From: Paracoccaceae bacterium
Lineage (GTDB): Bacteria > Pseudomonadota > Alphaproteobacteria > Rhodobacterales > Rhodobacteraceae
Length of the DNA: 64,000 nucleotides
Reading direction: 5' to 3'
Assembly: GCA_024742695.1 (NCBI GenBank)
Contig: JANSXY010000012.1
Location: 16,433-80,432, forward strand
The notes below the pieces were generated by a model. The model had not been told where the DNA came from. It saw only the letters and a list, made by a program, of their open reading frames with translations, and did not search any database. Shown here in pieces: positions 18,177 through 36,457 of this stretch (within the stretch, counting starts at the first letter, position 1; each line of letters starts with the position of its first letter). The position numbers and the translations under genes were made by a program.

Positions 18177-18843
18177 GCCCGCACCTCCAGCGCGTGGCTG
18201 ATGTAGAAGCCCGAGCGCACGGCGCCGAGATCGCGCACCGCGCCGATCCCCGCCAGCCGCCGCGCCAGCATGGCCGGCGCCTGCGGCACCATCACCGGCG
18301 ACCGGTCGGACCGCGGAAACAGCTTGCCGGCATACCACATCGCCATCAGCAGGCCGGTGCGCGGCGCCACGGTGAACAGCACCCGGCCCCGCACCCGCCC
18401 GGCCAGCGCCGAAAGCGCGGTCTGCAGATCGGCCGCGTCATAGTAGATCAGGCTGTCCATCGCGATCGCGTCGTCGAACGACCCCAGTTCGGCATCCAGC
18501 ATGTCGCCGGCCACGAACCGCACCCGCCGCGCCAGATCCGGCCCCAGCCGTGCGCGGGCGATCCCGATCAGGCTGGGCGAGATATCCACCGCCACCACCT
18601 CGGCGCCGCGGGCGGCCAGTTCCGCGGTCATCTGCCCGGTGCCGCAACCGGCATCCAGCACCCGCGCGCCGCGCAGATCCTCTGGCAACTGCGCCAGCAG
18701 ACGCGCGCGCATCTCCGCCCGGCCGCGGCGCACCGTCTCGCGGATGCGGCTGACCGGCGCGTCGCTGGTCAGCTGCTCCCAGGTGCGGGTCGCGGTACGG
18801 TCGAAATAGGTTTCGACCCGGTCGCGGGTGGTCTCGTAGGCCA

Positions 18844-18844
<1 letters not shown>
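18173..18844 (-). CDS. bchM: Mg-protoporphyrin IX O-methyltransferase
   Basis: 223 aa from MAYETTRDRVETYFD. SAM motif VLDAGCGTG. Its ATG overlaps the bchL stop (ATGA type). Confidence 0.93.
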
Positions 18845-26680
<7,836 letters not shown>

Positions 26681-26701
26681 CTAAGGCCGGTCGCGCGAAA
26701 G

Positions 26702-26719
26702 TGTCAACCCAAACTTACA
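26702..26719. promoter_or_regulatory. PpsR/CrtJ palindrome TGT-N12-ACA (bchF promoter)
   Basis: TGTCAACCCAAACTTACA, 41 bp upstream of the bchF ATG, in a low-GC island. Confidence 0.8.
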
Positions 26720-26881
26720 GTCGTGAATCCAGCTCCATTGACGCCGCAAGCCGCCACGAAAACCCGCCGCGGCCCGGAGATACGGGATTTTTCCAAGAAA
26801 ATACCCGATTGAAACGTTTGCCTCGCGCCTTCGGACGGGCCATGGTCTTTCGGATGCCCCCGCCCCGCCCTTGGAGCCGGA

Positions 26882-26899
26882 TGTCCATTTCTATTGACA
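26882..26899. promoter_or_regulatory. PpsR/CrtJ palindrome TGT-N12-ACA (ppaA-proximal)
   Basis: TGTCCATTTCTATTGACA, 97 bp upstream of the ppaA ATG. Confidence 0.75.
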
Positions 26900-26995
26900 G
26901 ATCGTTGCGAATCCGTTGATCGTGAAGGGAATGCCCCTTCGCTTCACTCCGCAGCCTTCGCTGTCCTGTCTGGAGCGGCAAGCCGGAGGCGAACC

Positions 26996-27784
26996 ATGTC
27001 TGGCGATCACGACCGGCCGAAGCTTCACATGTCCCGCACGGGCCGGGTGGCGGATCTGGCGGCACTGGCCCTTGAACAGATCGGTCGGCGAAGTTCCCCG
27101 GGAAGCGAGGCCAGGGGCGAGGACGCGGTTCGGCGGGTGATCGACGCGACCTTCATGCGCGAGGGGTTCGACGCGGCGGCGCTGCAACGCGACCTTGTCG
27201 GCCTGCGGATGGCCCCGGGCGACATCATGGATATCGTGATCCCGGCCGCCGCGCAGGCGCTTGGCCGGATGTGGGAAGAGGACGAGGCCGGCTTCCTCGA
27301 GGTGTCGCTGGCCTGCGCGCGGCTGCAGGAACTGTGCCGCCGCTGCGGCAACGCTTGGCAATGCGACCCGACGCAGCAGGACTGCACCGGCGCGCTCGTC
27401 GCCGTCGTGGACGGCGAGGATCATATCCTCGGCGCGATCGTGCTGGCCGACCAGTTGCGCCGCCGCAAGCTCTCCGTCCAGATCCAGTTCCAGGCGACGC
27501 CGCGGTCGATCTGCGAGCGGCTGCGCTTCGGCTCCTACGATTGCGTGTTCTTCTCGGCCTCCACCGAAGCGACCCTGGGCAGGCTGTGCGAGGTTCTGCG
27601 CGCCATCAGGCAGGACAAATCGCTGTGTCCGACCGTCGCAGTCGGGGGACAGGTGTTGAATTATGGCTCCGCGCGCGTATTGAAAAGCGAAGTACTTGCC
27701 GATTATCTGACCAACGATGTCGAGGAGGTTCTCTCGGCCATCGAAAGAGACCGTCAACCTATGCCGATCATGGTTGCCCAGTAA
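26996..27784 (+). CDS. ppaA: Cobalamin-binding photosynthesis regulator PpaA/AerR
   Basis: 262 aa from MSGDHDRPK (GGAGG 6 nt upstream). B12-binding-domain histidine block VVDGEDHILGAIVLAD. Lies immediately upstream of ppsR (TAATG overlap). Confidence 0.85.
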   Translation: MSGDHDRPKLHMSRTGRVADLAALALEQIGRRSSPGSEARGEDAVRRVIDATFMREGFDAAALQRDLVGLRMAPGDIMDIVIPAAAQALGRMWEEDEAGFLEVSLACARLQELCRRCGNAWQCDPTQQDCTGALVAVVDGEDHILGAIVLADQLRRRKLSVQIQFQATPRSICERLRFGSYDCVFFSASTEATLGRLCEVLRAIRQDKSLCPTVAVGGQVLNYGSARVLKSEVLADYLTNDVEEVLSAIERDRQPMPIMVAQ

Positions 27785-29205
27785 TGAAGAGCGACACATC
27801 ATCAATTCGGCGTAATCGGTCGCTTCCGATCATCGAGCCGGAACTGCTGGGCCGGGTGCTGGCCTCGGCGGCGGACCTGTCGATCGTGATGACGCCCGAT
27901 GGCACGACGACCGCGGTGCTGGTCAACCCGAATGCCGAGAGCATGGGCAACCTCGGCCACTGGGAAGGCCGGCCCCTGCGCGATTTCCTGACCGAGGAAA
28001 GCATCCCGAAACTCGAACGCGTGCTGCGCAAGGCCGCGATCGGCGAAGGCGACGGGCTCAGCGTCGAGCTCAATCATCGCGACAACGCGGTATGGCAGTT
28101 CCCGATCCGCTACACGATCCACCGCGTCGGCACCGAGGGCGCGATCCTGCTGCTGGGCCGCGATCTGCGGCAGGTGGCGGAATCGCAGCAGCGGCTGGTG
28201 CAGGCGCAGATGGCGCTGGAGCGCGGCTACGAGGAGCGGCGCGAATACGATGCGCGCTATCGCATGCTGATGGCGCATACGCGCGATGCCTTCGTTCTGG
28301 TCAGCGCCCATGACGGCAAGATCCGCGACCTGAACGGGCCCGCCGCCTCGCTGCTGGGCGCCCGGCGCGAGGAGTTGCAGGGCAACGGCCTGGGCCAGGA
28401 ATTCCGCGACCGGCGCAACAGCGAATTCGTCGAGAACCTGATGCGGCTGGCGGTGTCGGAGAACGACAACGAGACCACCGTGCAGACCCGGCGGGGCCGG
28501 AAATCGCTGACGATCACGCCCAAGCTGTTCCGCGCCGCGGGCGAGCGGGTTCTGATCTGCCGGCTCGACCCCGAGGAATCCGTGCCGGTCCGCGACGAGC
28601 GGATGCTGCAAAACCTCGACGCGCTGTTTCGCAACGGCTCCGAGGCGATGGTGTTCACCGATGCGGGCGGGATCATCGAGGCGGCGAACGAGGCGTTCAT
28701 CGAACTGGTCGATTTCGCCCAGCGCGCCGATCCGCGCGGCCGCAGCCTCGCCGACTACCTCGCGCGCGGCCAGATCGACATGAACGTGCTTCTGGACAAT
28801 GCCGCGCGCTCGGGCCGGATGCATGTCTATTCCACGAAGCTGACGAACGATGTCGGCAGCTGGACGGCGGTGGAAATCTCGGTCAGCTATCTCAACAACC
28901 GCGCCCGCCCCGCCGTGGCCTTCCTGATCCGCGACGCGAACCGGGCCGAGGCGGTGCGCGCGCCGCTGGTCGACCAGGCCGATACGCGGTCGAGCGGCAG
29001 CGTCGCCGAGCTTGTCGGCTCGGCCAAGCTGAAGGACATCGTGGCGGAATCCACCGATGTGATCGAGAAGCTGTGCATCGAGACCGCGCTGGAGCTGACC
29101 CGCAACAACCGCGCCGCGGCCGCCGAGATGCTGGGCCTGTCGCGGCAAAGCCTTTACGTGAAGCTGCGCAAGTTCGATCTGCTCAGCACCGACAGCGAAG
29201 ACTAG
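27784..29205 (+). CDS. ppsR: Photopigment suppressor PpsR/CrtJ (PAS-PAS-HTH repressor)
   Basis: 473 aa with PAS-like repeats and a C-terminal Fis-type HTH (AAAEMLGLSRQSLYVKLRKFDL). Its cognate TGT-N12-ACA sites are found across the cluster. Confidence 0.93.
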   Translation: MKSDTSSIRRNRSLPIIEPELLGRVLASAADLSIVMTPDGTTTAVLVNPNAESMGNLGHWEGRPLRDFLTEESIPKLERVLRKAAIGEGDGLSVELNHRDNAVWQFPIRYTIHRVGTEGAILLLGRDLRQVAESQQRLVQAQMALERGYEERREYDARYRMLMAHTRDAFVLVSAHDGKIRDLNGPAASLLGARREELQGNGLGQEFRDRRNSEFVENLMRLAVSENDNETTVQTRRGRKSLTITPKLFRAAGERVLICRLDPEESVPVRDERMLQNLDALFRNGSEAMVFTDAGGIIEAANEAFIELVDFAQRADPRGRSLADYLARGQIDMNVLLDNAARSGRMHVYSTKLTNDVGSWTAVEISVSYLNNRARPAVAFLIRDANRAEAVRAPLVDQADTRSSGSVAELVGSAKLKDIVAESTDVIEKLCIETALELTRNNRAAAAEMLGLSRQSLYVKLRKFDLLSTDSED

Positions 29206-29265
29206 GGCGGCGCGGTCCGGCATTCTTGCCACGGACCTGACACTTTTTCTTGAGAGACTCGGGAA

Positions 29266-29283
29266 TGTAAGGCATGGTTGACA
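29266..29283. promoter_or_regulatory. PpsR/CrtJ palindrome TGT-N12-ACA abutting the bchG start codon
   Basis: TGTAAGGCATGGTTGACA ends 1 nt before the bchG ATG (29285). Confidence 0.7.
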
Positions 29284-29284
29284 C

Positions 29285-30193
29285 ATGACTGTCAGCCACC
29301 CCACACATGACTCCCGTTACCCGGACCCGGCCGCGCTGCTGACGCTGATCAAGCCGGTGACCTGGTTCCCGCCGATGTGGGCCTATCTGTGCGGCGTCGT
29401 CTCGTCCGGCGTGCCGGTGGGCGACCGGCCGGGCCTGGTGCTGCTGGGCGTGGTGCTGGCCGGCCCCGTCGTCTGCGGGATGAGCCAGGCGGCGAACGAC
29501 TGGTGCGACCGCCATGTCGACGCGATCAACGAACCCCACCGCCCGATCCCCTCGGGCCGGGTGCCGGGGCGCTGGGGGCTGTGGGTGGCGCTGGCGATGT
29601 CGGCGCTGGCGCTTGTCATGGGATGGTTCCTTGGCCCCTGGGGCTTCGGCGCGACCTGCCTCGGCGTGATCGCGGCCTGGGCCTATTCCGCCGAACCGCT
29701 GCGGCTGAAGAAATCGGGCTGGTGGGGGCCGGGGCTGGTGGGCCTGTGCTACGAGGGGCTGCCGTGGATCACCGGCGCGGCGGTGCTGGCGCAGGGCGCG
29801 CCCGCCCTGCCCGTCCTCGGGCTTGCCCTGCTCTATGCGCTGGGCGCGCATGGCATCATGACACTGAACGATTTCAAGGCGATAGAGGGCGACCGGGCCA
29901 CCGGCATCCGGTCTCTCCCCGCCACGCTCGGCCCCGAACGCGCGGCACGGATCGCCTGCTGGGTGATGGCGGTGCCGCAACTGGCGGTGATCGCGCTGCT
30001 TCTTGGCTGGGACCGGCCGTGGCATGCGCTGGCGGTCGCGGCGCTGCTGGCCGGACAGGGCCTTGCGATGCGGCGGATGATGACCGATCCACGCGCGCTG
30101 ACGCCATGGTACAACGGCACCGGCGTCACGCTTTACGTCTCGGGCATGATGGTCTCGGCCTTCGCCGTGCGCGGGCTGGAGGCGCTGCCATGA
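29285..30193 (+). CDS. bchG: Bacteriochlorophyll a synthase (UbiA prenyltransferase family)
   Basis: 302 aa. LIKPVTWFPPMWAYLCG and the Asp-rich NDWCDRHVD motif. Confidence 0.93.
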   Translation: MTVSHPTHDSRYPDPAALLTLIKPVTWFPPMWAYLCGVVSSGVPVGDRPGLVLLGVVLAGPVVCGMSQAANDWCDRHVDAINEPHRPIPSGRVPGRWGLWVALAMSALALVMGWFLGPWGFGATCLGVIAAWAYSAEPLRLKKSGWWGPGLVGLCYEGLPWITGAAVLAQGAPALPVLGLALLYALGAHGIMTLNDFKAIEGDRATGIRSLPATLGPERAARIACWVMAVPQLAVIALLLGWDRPWHALAVAALLAGQGLAMRRMMTDPRALTPWYNGTGVTLYVSGMMVSAFAVRGLEALP

Positions 30194-31482
30194 CGCTCGG
30201 CTGGCTATCGATCTTCCGCCTTGGCCTGGTGCAGATGTGCCTCGGCGCGATCGTGGTGCTGACCACATCGACGCTGAACCGCCTGATGGTCGTCGAACTG
30301 GCCTTGCCCGCTGTGCTGCCGGGCCTTCTGGTCGCGCTGCATTACGGCATCCAGCTCAGCCGCCCGCAATGGGGCTACCGGTCGGATACCGGCGGGCATC
30401 GCACGCGCTGGATCGTCGGCGGCATGGCGGTGCTGGCGCTTGGCGGGATGGGCGCGACGCTGGGGGTTCTGGCCTTCGAGGCAAGCTATTGGGGCGGGTT
30501 GGCGCTGTCGATCCTCGCCTATGCGCTGATCGGCGTCGGCGTCGGCGCCTCGGGCACCTCGATGCTGGCGCTTCTGGCCACCGGCACGGCGCCCACGCGC
30601 CGGGCCGCTGCCGCTTCGATGACCTGGCTGATGATGATCCTCGGCATCGCGGCCACGGCCGGCACAGTGGGCGCGCTGCTCGATCCCTATTCGCCCGCCC
30701 TGCTGGTGAAGATCGTGGCCTGCGTGACCGGCGGCGCGGTGCTGCTGACCGCGCTCGCGGTCGCCGGCGTCGAACGCGGGCTGGCGCGCGACACCGGCGC
30801 CGAGGCTGGCGCGACGCCGTTCTGGCCCGCGCTGGTCGAGGTCTGGGGCGAACCGCGGGCGCGGCGATTCACGATCTTCGTGTTCCTGTCGATGACCGCC
30901 TATTTCATGCAGGAACTGATCCTGGAGCCCTATGCGGGCCTCGTCTTCGGTTTCACGCCGGGCCAGTCGACCTCGCTGTCGGGGGCGCAGAACGGCGGCG
31001 TGTTCCTGGGCATGCTGACCGTCGGCATCGCCGCGACCGGGTTCAGGCTGGGCTCGCTGCGCGGCTGGGTGATCGCCGGTTGCCTCGGCTCGGCCGCCTG
31101 CCTGGCCACGATCTCGCTGATGGGCCAGGCCGGGCCGGGCGCGCCGCTGCTGGCGGCGGTGGTCGCGCTGGGGTTCTGCAACGGCGCCTTCGCGGTGGCC
31201 GCGATCGGCGCCATGATGGCCCTCGCCGGCGAGGGCCGCGGCGCGCGCGAGGGCATGCGCATGGGCCTGTGGGGCGCGGCGCAGGCCATCGCCGCGGGTT
31301 TCGGAGGCCTGACCGGCGCCGCCGCCGTCGACCTGATGCGCCGGATGGGCAGCGCCGATGTCACCGCCTTCGGCAGCGTGTTCCTCGCCGAGGCGCTGTT
31401 GTTTCTCTTCGCCGCCTGGATCGCGCTGCGATCCATCGCGCCGCCGCAGCCCGCGGCCCAGACCCTCGTTCCGGGAGAATGA
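30190..31482 (+). CDS. PucC/BCD-family MFS protein (orf428-type, between bchG and bchP)
   Basis: 430 aa with 12 TM helices. N-terminus FRLGLVQMCLGAIVVLTTSTLNRLMVVEL is paralogous to lhaA. ATGA overlap with the bchG stop. Confidence 0.85.
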   Translation: MTLGWLSIFRLGLVQMCLGAIVVLTTSTLNRLMVVELALPAVLPGLLVALHYGIQLSRPQWGYRSDTGGHRTRWIVGGMAVLALGGMGATLGVLAFEASYWGGLALSILAYALIGVGVGASGTSMLALLATGTAPTRRAAAASMTWLMMILGIAATAGTVGALLDPYSPALLVKIVACVTGGAVLLTALAVAGVERGLARDTGAEAGATPFWPALVEVWGEPRARRFTIFVFLSMTAYFMQELILEPYAGLVFGFTPGQSTSLSGAQNGGVFLGMLTVGIAATGFRLGSLRGWVIAGCLGSAACLATISLMGQAGPGAPLLAAVVALGFCNGAFAVAAIGAMMALAGEGRGAREGMRMGLWGAAQAIAAGFGGLTGAAAVDLMRRMGSADVTAFGSVFLAEALLFLFAAWIALRSIAPPQPAAQTLVPGE

Positions 31483-31484
31483 TC

Positions 31485-32663
31485 ATGTACGATGTCGTCG
31501 TCGTCGGCGGTGGACCCGCCGGAGCCATCGCAGCCGAGGATCTCGCCCGGATGGGCCACCGCGTCGCGCTGCTGGAACGCGGCGGCCGGATCAAGCCCTG
31601 CGGCGGCGCGATCCCGCCGCGGCTGATCGCCGATTTCGCCATCCCCGACAGCCAGCTGGTGGCCCGGATCAAGACCGCGCGGATGATCTCGCCCACCGGG
31701 CGGCGTGTCGACATCCCGATCGAGGGCGGGTTCGTCGGCATGGTCGACCGCAAGGATTTCGACCCGTTCCTGCGCGAGCGCGCCGTCGCCGCCGGGGCGG
31801 AGGAGATCACCGGCACCTACCAGAAGATCGACCGCGATGGCGGCGTCACGCGGGTGCTGTACCGCGACCCGGCCAGCGGCGAAAGCCGCGCCCTGCCGAC
31901 GAGGCTGGTGATCGGCGCCGACGGCGCGCGCAGCCAGGTCGCGCAGGCCGAGGTCGCCGGCGGCGAGAAAACCCCCTACGTCATCGCCTATCACGAGATC
32001 GTCGAGGCGCCCGGCCCGGTCGGCGATTACGATCCCGACCGCTGCGACGTGGTCTATGACGGCCGCATTTCGCCCGATTTCTACGGCTGGGTGTTCCCGC
32101 ATGGCGCGACGGCCAGCATCGGCATGGGCACCGGGGTGGACGGCGTGAACCTCAAGCAGGCCACCGCCGACCTGCGCGCCGCCTCGGGCCTGTCGGATTG
32201 CGCGACGCTTCGGCGCGAGGGCGCGCCGATCCCGCTCAAGCCGCTCAGCCGCTGGGACAACGGCCGCGACGTGGTGCTGGCGGGCGACGCCTCGGGCGTG
32301 GTCGCGCCCAGTTCGGGCGAGGGGATCTATTACGCGATGGTCGGCGGCCGGGTGGCGGCCGAGGCGGCGGCGGCCTGCCTCGCCTCGGGGCGGGCGGCGG
32401 ACCTGGCGCTGGCCCGCAAGCTGTTCATGCGCGAGCACAAGACGGTGTTCCGGGTGCTGGCCTCGATGCAGGATGCCTATTACAAGTCCGACGAGCGGCG
32501 CGAACGCTTCGTGTCGCTGTGCCACGACGTCGATGTGCAGCGGCTGACCTTCGAGGCCTACATGAACAAGAAGCTGGTCCGCGCCCGGGTGATGGCGCAT
32601 CTGAAGATCGGGCTGAAGAACCTCGCCCACCTGACGGGGCTGGTGCGCCCGGAACACGTATGA
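31485..32663 (+). CDS. bchP: Geranylgeranyl diphosphate/bacteriochlorophyll reductase
   Basis: FAD fingerprint YDVVVVGGGPAGA. 392 aa. GGGAGA lies 6 nt upstream. An alternative start is 31479. Confidence 0.93.
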   Translation: MYDVVVVGGGPAGAIAAEDLARMGHRVALLERGGRIKPCGGAIPPRLIADFAIPDSQLVARIKTARMISPTGRRVDIPIEGGFVGMVDRKDFDPFLRERAVAAGAEEITGTYQKIDRDGGVTRVLYRDPASGESRALPTRLVIGADGARSQVAQAEVAGGEKTPYVIAYHEIVEAPGPVGDYDPDRCDVVYDGRISPDFYGWVFPHGATASIGMGTGVDGVNLKQATADLRAASGLSDCATLRREGAPIPLKPLSRWDNGRDVVLAGDASGVVAPSSGEGIYYAMVGGRVAAEAAAACLASGRAADLALARKLFMREHKTVFRVLASMQDAYYKSDERRERFVSLCHDVDVQRLTFEAYMNKKLVRARVMAHLKIGLKNLAHLTGLVRPEHV

Positions 32664-33205
32664 CGGTGATGATCCCGGCCTGGGTGAACGGCACGCTGAC
32701 CCCGGTGGAAAAGCTCGACGCGCATCGCCGCGCGCTCAGGCATCGCGCGGTATCGGTCTTCGTGCTGCGCGACGGGCCCGAGGGGCCGGAAATCCTGCTG
32801 CAACGCCGGGCGGCGGGGAAGTATCACACGCCGCTTCTGTGGGCCAATACCTGCTGCACCCATCCGAACTGGGGCGAGGCGCCCGAGGTCTGCGCGACGC
32901 GCCGGCTGGAAGAGGAACTGGGGATCGTCGGGCTGTCCCCCCTGCCCCGCGGCACGGTGGAATACCGGGCCGATGTCGGCGGCGGGCTGGTGGAACACGA
33001 GGTCGTGGAGATTTTCGTGGCCGATGCGCCGGAGGGCCTGCGGCTGAGACCCGATCCCGACGAGGTGGCCGAGGTGCGCTGGATCGGCATCGACGCGCTC
33101 GCCGCCGAGATCGCCGAGGCGCCCGACAGGTTCACGCCCTGGCTGCGGATCTACCTGGCCGACCATGCCGGCCGGATCTTCGGCCCCGCCCGGCAGGACG
33201 CCTGA
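32660..33205 (+). CDS. idi: Isopentenyl-diphosphate delta-isomerase, type 1 (Nudix)
   Basis: 181 aa. HRAVSVFV, WANTCCTHP and VEHEVVEIF blocks. ATGA overlap with the bchP stop. Confidence 0.88.
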   Translation: MTVMIPAWVNGTLTPVEKLDAHRRALRHRAVSVFVLRDGPEGPEILLQRRAAGKYHTPLLWANTCCTHPNWGEAPEVCATRRLEEELGIVGLSPLPRGTVEYRADVGGGLVEHEVVEIFVADAPEGLRLRPDPDEVAEVRWIGIDALAAEIAEAPDRFTPWLRIYLADHAGRIFGPARQDA

Positions 33206-33220
33206 GCGGGGCCTAGCCCC

Positions 33221-35143
33221 TTACGACACCACTTCCAGCCGCGGCGCCTGCCGCCCGCCGCGCACCAGCGCCAGCGCGGTGGCGCAGATATCGTCGGCCG
33301 TGAGGCCGGCATCGGCATACATCCGCTCCGGGCCGGCCTGGTGGATCACCCGGTCGGGCAGCGTCATCGGGCGGAACTTCAGCCCGCCGTCCAGAAGCCC
33401 GGCATGGGCCATGTGATGCATCACCATCGCGCCGAAGCCGCCCTGCACGCCCTGTTCGACGGTGATCAGCGCGCCGTGGTGGCGCGCCAGCTGGGCGATC
33501 AGGGCGGTGTCCAGCGGCTTGGCGAAGCGTGCATCGGCCAGCGTGACCGAAACGCCCATCGCCTCCAGCCGCTCCGCCGCGATCCGGCATTCGGCCAGAT
33601 GCGCCCCGAAGCTGAGCAGCGCGACATCGCTGCCTTCGCGCAGCACCCGGCCCTTGCCGATCTCCAGCACCTCGCCGCGATCCGGCAATGCCACGCCGGT
33701 GCCCGCGCCGCGCGGATAACGAAACGCGATCGGCCCCTCGTCGAAGGCCGCGGCGGTTTCCACCATGTGCACCAGTTCCGCCTCGTCCCCGGCGGCCATC
33801 ACGGTGAAGCCCGGCAGGTTGGCGAGATAGGCGATGTCGTAGGCGCCGGCATGGGTCGGCCCGTCGGCGCCGACCAGACCGGCGCGGTCGATCGCGAAGC
33901 GCACCGGCAGGTTCTGCAGCGCGACGTCATGCACCACCTGGTCGTAGCCGCGTTGCAGGAAGGTCGAATAGATCGCGCAGAACGGCCTGAGCCCGCTGGC
34001 CGCCATTCCGGCGGCGAAGGTCACGGCATGCTGTTCGGCGATCCCGGTGTCGAAGACGCGGGCCGGGAACCGCGCCGCCATCTTGTCCACCCCGGTGCCC
34101 GAGGGCATGGCGGCGGTGACCGCCACGATCCGGTCGTCGCGGGCCGCGGCCTCGGCCAGCGCGGTTCCGAAGACCGAGGTGTAGCTGGGCGCGCCGCCCG
34201 ATGATTTCTTCTGCGCCCCCGTCGTGGGGTCGAACCGCGACACGCCGTGATACTTGTCCGCGCTCGCCTCGGCCGGGGCAAAGCCCTTGCCCTTGACGGT
34301 GACGGCGTGGATCAGCACCGGCCGCGTCGCCCGCGCCCGCGCCGCCCGAAGCACCGGCAGAAGCTGGCCCAGGTCGTGCCCGTCGATCGGGCCGACATAG
34401 TCGAAGCCCAGTTCCTCGAACACCGTGCCCGACGGCCCGAGGCCCGAAACCAGCTGGCGCGCGCGCCGCATGCCCGCGCGCATCGGCTCGGGCATCGCGG
34501 ATTCGAAGCCTTCGGCGAGGTTGCGCATCCGGGCCAGCGGCTCGCTCGCGTAGATCGACGACAGGTAGCGCGACATCGCGCCGACCGGCGGCGCGATCGA
34601 CATCTCGTTGTCGTTGAGGATCACGAACAGTCGCCGGCCCTCGTGCCCGGCGTTGTTGATCGCCTCGTAGGCCATGCCGGCGCTGATCGCGCCGTCGCCG
34701 ATCACCGCGATCGCGTCGCCCGTCGCCTGGCCCATGTCGCGGCCCACGGCGAACCCCAGCGCGGCGGAGATCGAGGTCGAGCTGTGCGCCGCGCCGAACG
34801 GATCGTAGGGGCTTTCGTCGCGCTTGGTGAAGCCCGACAGACCGCCTTCCTGGCGCAGCGTGCGGATCCGGTCGCGCCGGCCGGTCAGCACCTTGTGCGG
34901 GTAGCACTGGTGCCCGACATCCCAGATCAGCTTGTCATGCGGGGTGTTGAACACCGCGTGGATCGCGACGGTCAGTTCCACCACCCCCAGCGACGAGCCG
35001 AGATGCCCGCCGGTCTCGGACACGGCGGAAATCACCTCGCGTCGCAACTCGCCGGCCAGCGTGGCCAGCTGGGCGTCGCTCATGGCGCGCAGATCGGCCG
35101 GTCCGGCCACACGGTCGAGTGTCGGTGTATCGGACATGGACAT
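33221..35143 (-). CDS. dxs: 1-deoxy-D-xylulose-5-phosphate synthase
   Basis: 640 aa. GHLGSSLG, the TPP block [18 protein letters not shown] and a transketolase-like C-terminus. Confidence 0.95.
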   Translation of the reverse strand: MSMSDTPTLDRVAGPADLRAMSDAQLATLAGELRREVISAVSETGGHLGSSLGVVELTVAIHAVFNTPHDKLIWDVGHQCYPHKVLTGRRDRIRTLRQEGGLSGFTKRDESPYDPFGAAHSSTSISAALGFAVGRDMGQATGDAIAVIGDGAISAGMAYEAINNAGHEGRRLFVILNDNEMSIAPPVGAMSRYLSSIYASEPLARMRNLAEGFESAMPEPMRAGMRRARQLVSGLGPSGTVFEELGFDYVGPIDGHDLGQLLPVLRAARARATRPVLIHAVTVKGKGFAPAEASADKYHGVSRFDPTTGAQKKSSGGAPSYTSVFGTALAEAAARDDRIVAVTAAMPSGTGVDKMAARFPARVFDTGIAEQHAVTFAAGMAASGLRPFCAIYSTFLQRGYDQVVHDVALQNLPVRFAIDRAGLVGADGPTHAGAYDIAYLANLPGFTVMAAGDEAELVHMVETAAAFDEGPIAFRYPRGAGTGVALPDRGEVLEIGKGRVLREGSDVALLSFGAHLAECRIAAERLEAMGVSVTLADARFAKPLDTALIAQLARHHGALITVEQGVQGGFGAMVMHHMAHAGLLDGGLKFRPMTLPDRVIHQAGPERMYADAGLTADDICATALALVRGGRQAPRLEVVS

Positions 35144-35179
35144 CGGGTCTCCTCCTCCCCCGTCCGCGCCCCGCCCTGG

Positions 35180-35212
35180 GGCGCCGCATCCGGTCGTGAC
35201 GGATGCGGCGCC
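35180..35212 (-). promoter_or_regulatory. Perfect 13-bp hairpin in the pufC-dxs spacer / dxs leader
   Basis: GGCGCCGCATCCG-gtcgtga-CGGATGCGGCGCC, about 36 nt upstream of the dxs ATG and its GGAGGAGG SD. Confidence 0.4.
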
Positions 35213-35289
35213 GGGTCCTGCGCTGGGCAGGAACGGGAACGGGACGCTCCCTGCCCGGTCCGAATGGGACTGACGGACCGGACCCCTTC

Positions 35290-35319
35290 GGCCGCGGCGG
35301 GCGAAGCCCCGCCGCGGCC
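35290..35319 (-). terminator. Perfect 12-bp GC hairpin immediately after pufC (candidate puf operon terminator or 3' stabiliser)
   Basis: GGCCGCGGCGGG-cgaagc-CCCGCCGCGGCC, 6 nt downstream of the pufC stop. No U-tract follows. Confidence 0.5.
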
Positions 35320-35324
35320 CTGTC

Positions 35325-36455
35325 TCACTCGGTGACGCCGCTGTAGTCCGGCGTGCCCGAGGTGGTGGCCAGTTCCGGCCAGTCGGCGATCACGTTGAGC
35401 CCCTGCATCGGCTGCTGGTAGCCCTTGTGACAGGTCTTGCAGGCGGCCTTGGGCGCGTCGGCATGGACCGGGCCCAGACGTTCCGGCGGATAGGTGTCGC
35501 GCAGCGGCACCAGCCAGTCGTTGTTGATCTCCTGCACCATGCCGATGCCAAGGCTTTCGGTGCCCCATTGCGGGGTGACCTCGGCTCCGTCGTAGAAGGC
35601 GCGGCTGTTGTGGCAGAAGACGCAGTTCACGCCGAGCGAGTTGGCGACGTAGTTCATCAGCGCGTAGGTCCGCTCGGTATCCTGGATCGACGGGAAGCCC
35701 GCGTCGGCGGGCGAGCCCGCGACCCGGCTTTCAAGGTCGTGCACCCCGATCCGGCCATAGTTCAGCAGGTAGGTTTCCAGCGCGTCCGAGGGCAGCGAGG
35801 TGAACTGGCTCATCGAGGTCGCGCGGTTCTGGATCGACGACCAGCCGGCGGTGGCCTCGTTCACCGGCCCCATCCGGAACCAGATGTCCGACGGCACGTT
35901 CTCGCCGCGGTGGCAGGTGTAGCAGGTCACGCCGACCTGCTTGTTGGCGTTGACATGCCCGTCCCAGCCCTCGTTGATCGACTGGGTCATCTGGATCATG
36001 TTCCGCGCCACGACCTTGGTGTAGAGGTTGTCCTGGCCGTACTCCTCGAGGTCGACATCGCCGTGGCAGTAGGCGCAGCCCTCGTCCGGCGCGACCCAGG
36101 CCGAGAAGGCGTTCATAAGCCGCAGGAAGTTGTCCTCCGTCAGGTCGCCCAGCACCTGGACGTTCTGGTAGACGTCACGTGCCAGCGGCTCGCCGCCCTC
36201 GGGCACATAGGGTGCCTCGGTGTAGAAGTCCGCGATCGAGGGATCGGGGGCGAGACGGTCGCGGTCGAACTCCGGCACCGACATCCCGGTGCCGCGCGGC
36301 CCGGTCTGCAGGCTGTCGCCCGGCAGCGGCTGGCCCCAGGCGATGATCAGCCCCGCGACCACGACCGCCCCCATCGCGCCACCGACGAGGAAGGCCGGCC
36401 CCCAGATGTCGGTGGGGTTCTCCCTGTTCCATTTGTCGAACCAAGTCGGGAACAT
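35325..36455 (-). CDS. pufC: Reaction-centre-bound tetraheme cytochrome c subunit
   Basis: 376 aa from [10 protein letters not shown]-terminal anchor helix and four CxxCH motifs (CAYCH, CYTCH, CVFCH, CKTCH). The start is 2 nt after the pufM stop. Confidence 0.93.
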   Translation of the reverse strand: MFPTWFDKWNRENPTDIWGPAFLVGGAMGAVVVAGLIIAWGQPLPGDSLQTGPRGTGMSVPEFDRDRLAPDPSIADFYTEAPYVPEGGEPLARDVYQNVQVLGDLTEDNFLRLMNAFSAWVAPDEGCAYCHGDVDLEEYGQDNLYTKVVARNMIQMTQSINEGWDGHVNANKQVGVTCYTCHRGENVPSDIWFRMGPVNEATAGWSSIQNRATSMSQFTSLPSDALETYLLNYGRIGVHDLESRVAGSPADAGFPSIQDTERTYALMNYVANSLGVNCVFCHNSRAFYDGAEVTPQWGTESLGIGMVQEINNDWLVPLRDTYPPERLGPVHADAPKAACKTCHKGYQQPMQGLNVIADWPELATTSGTPDYSGVTE

Positions 36456-36457
36456 GA

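Noticed and set aside
33208-33220. GGGGC-cta-GCCCC mini-hairpin between the convergent idi and dxs genes
   Set aside because: The stem is only 5 bp with a 3-nt loop and has no U-tract, so it is too weak to assert as a bidirectional terminator.
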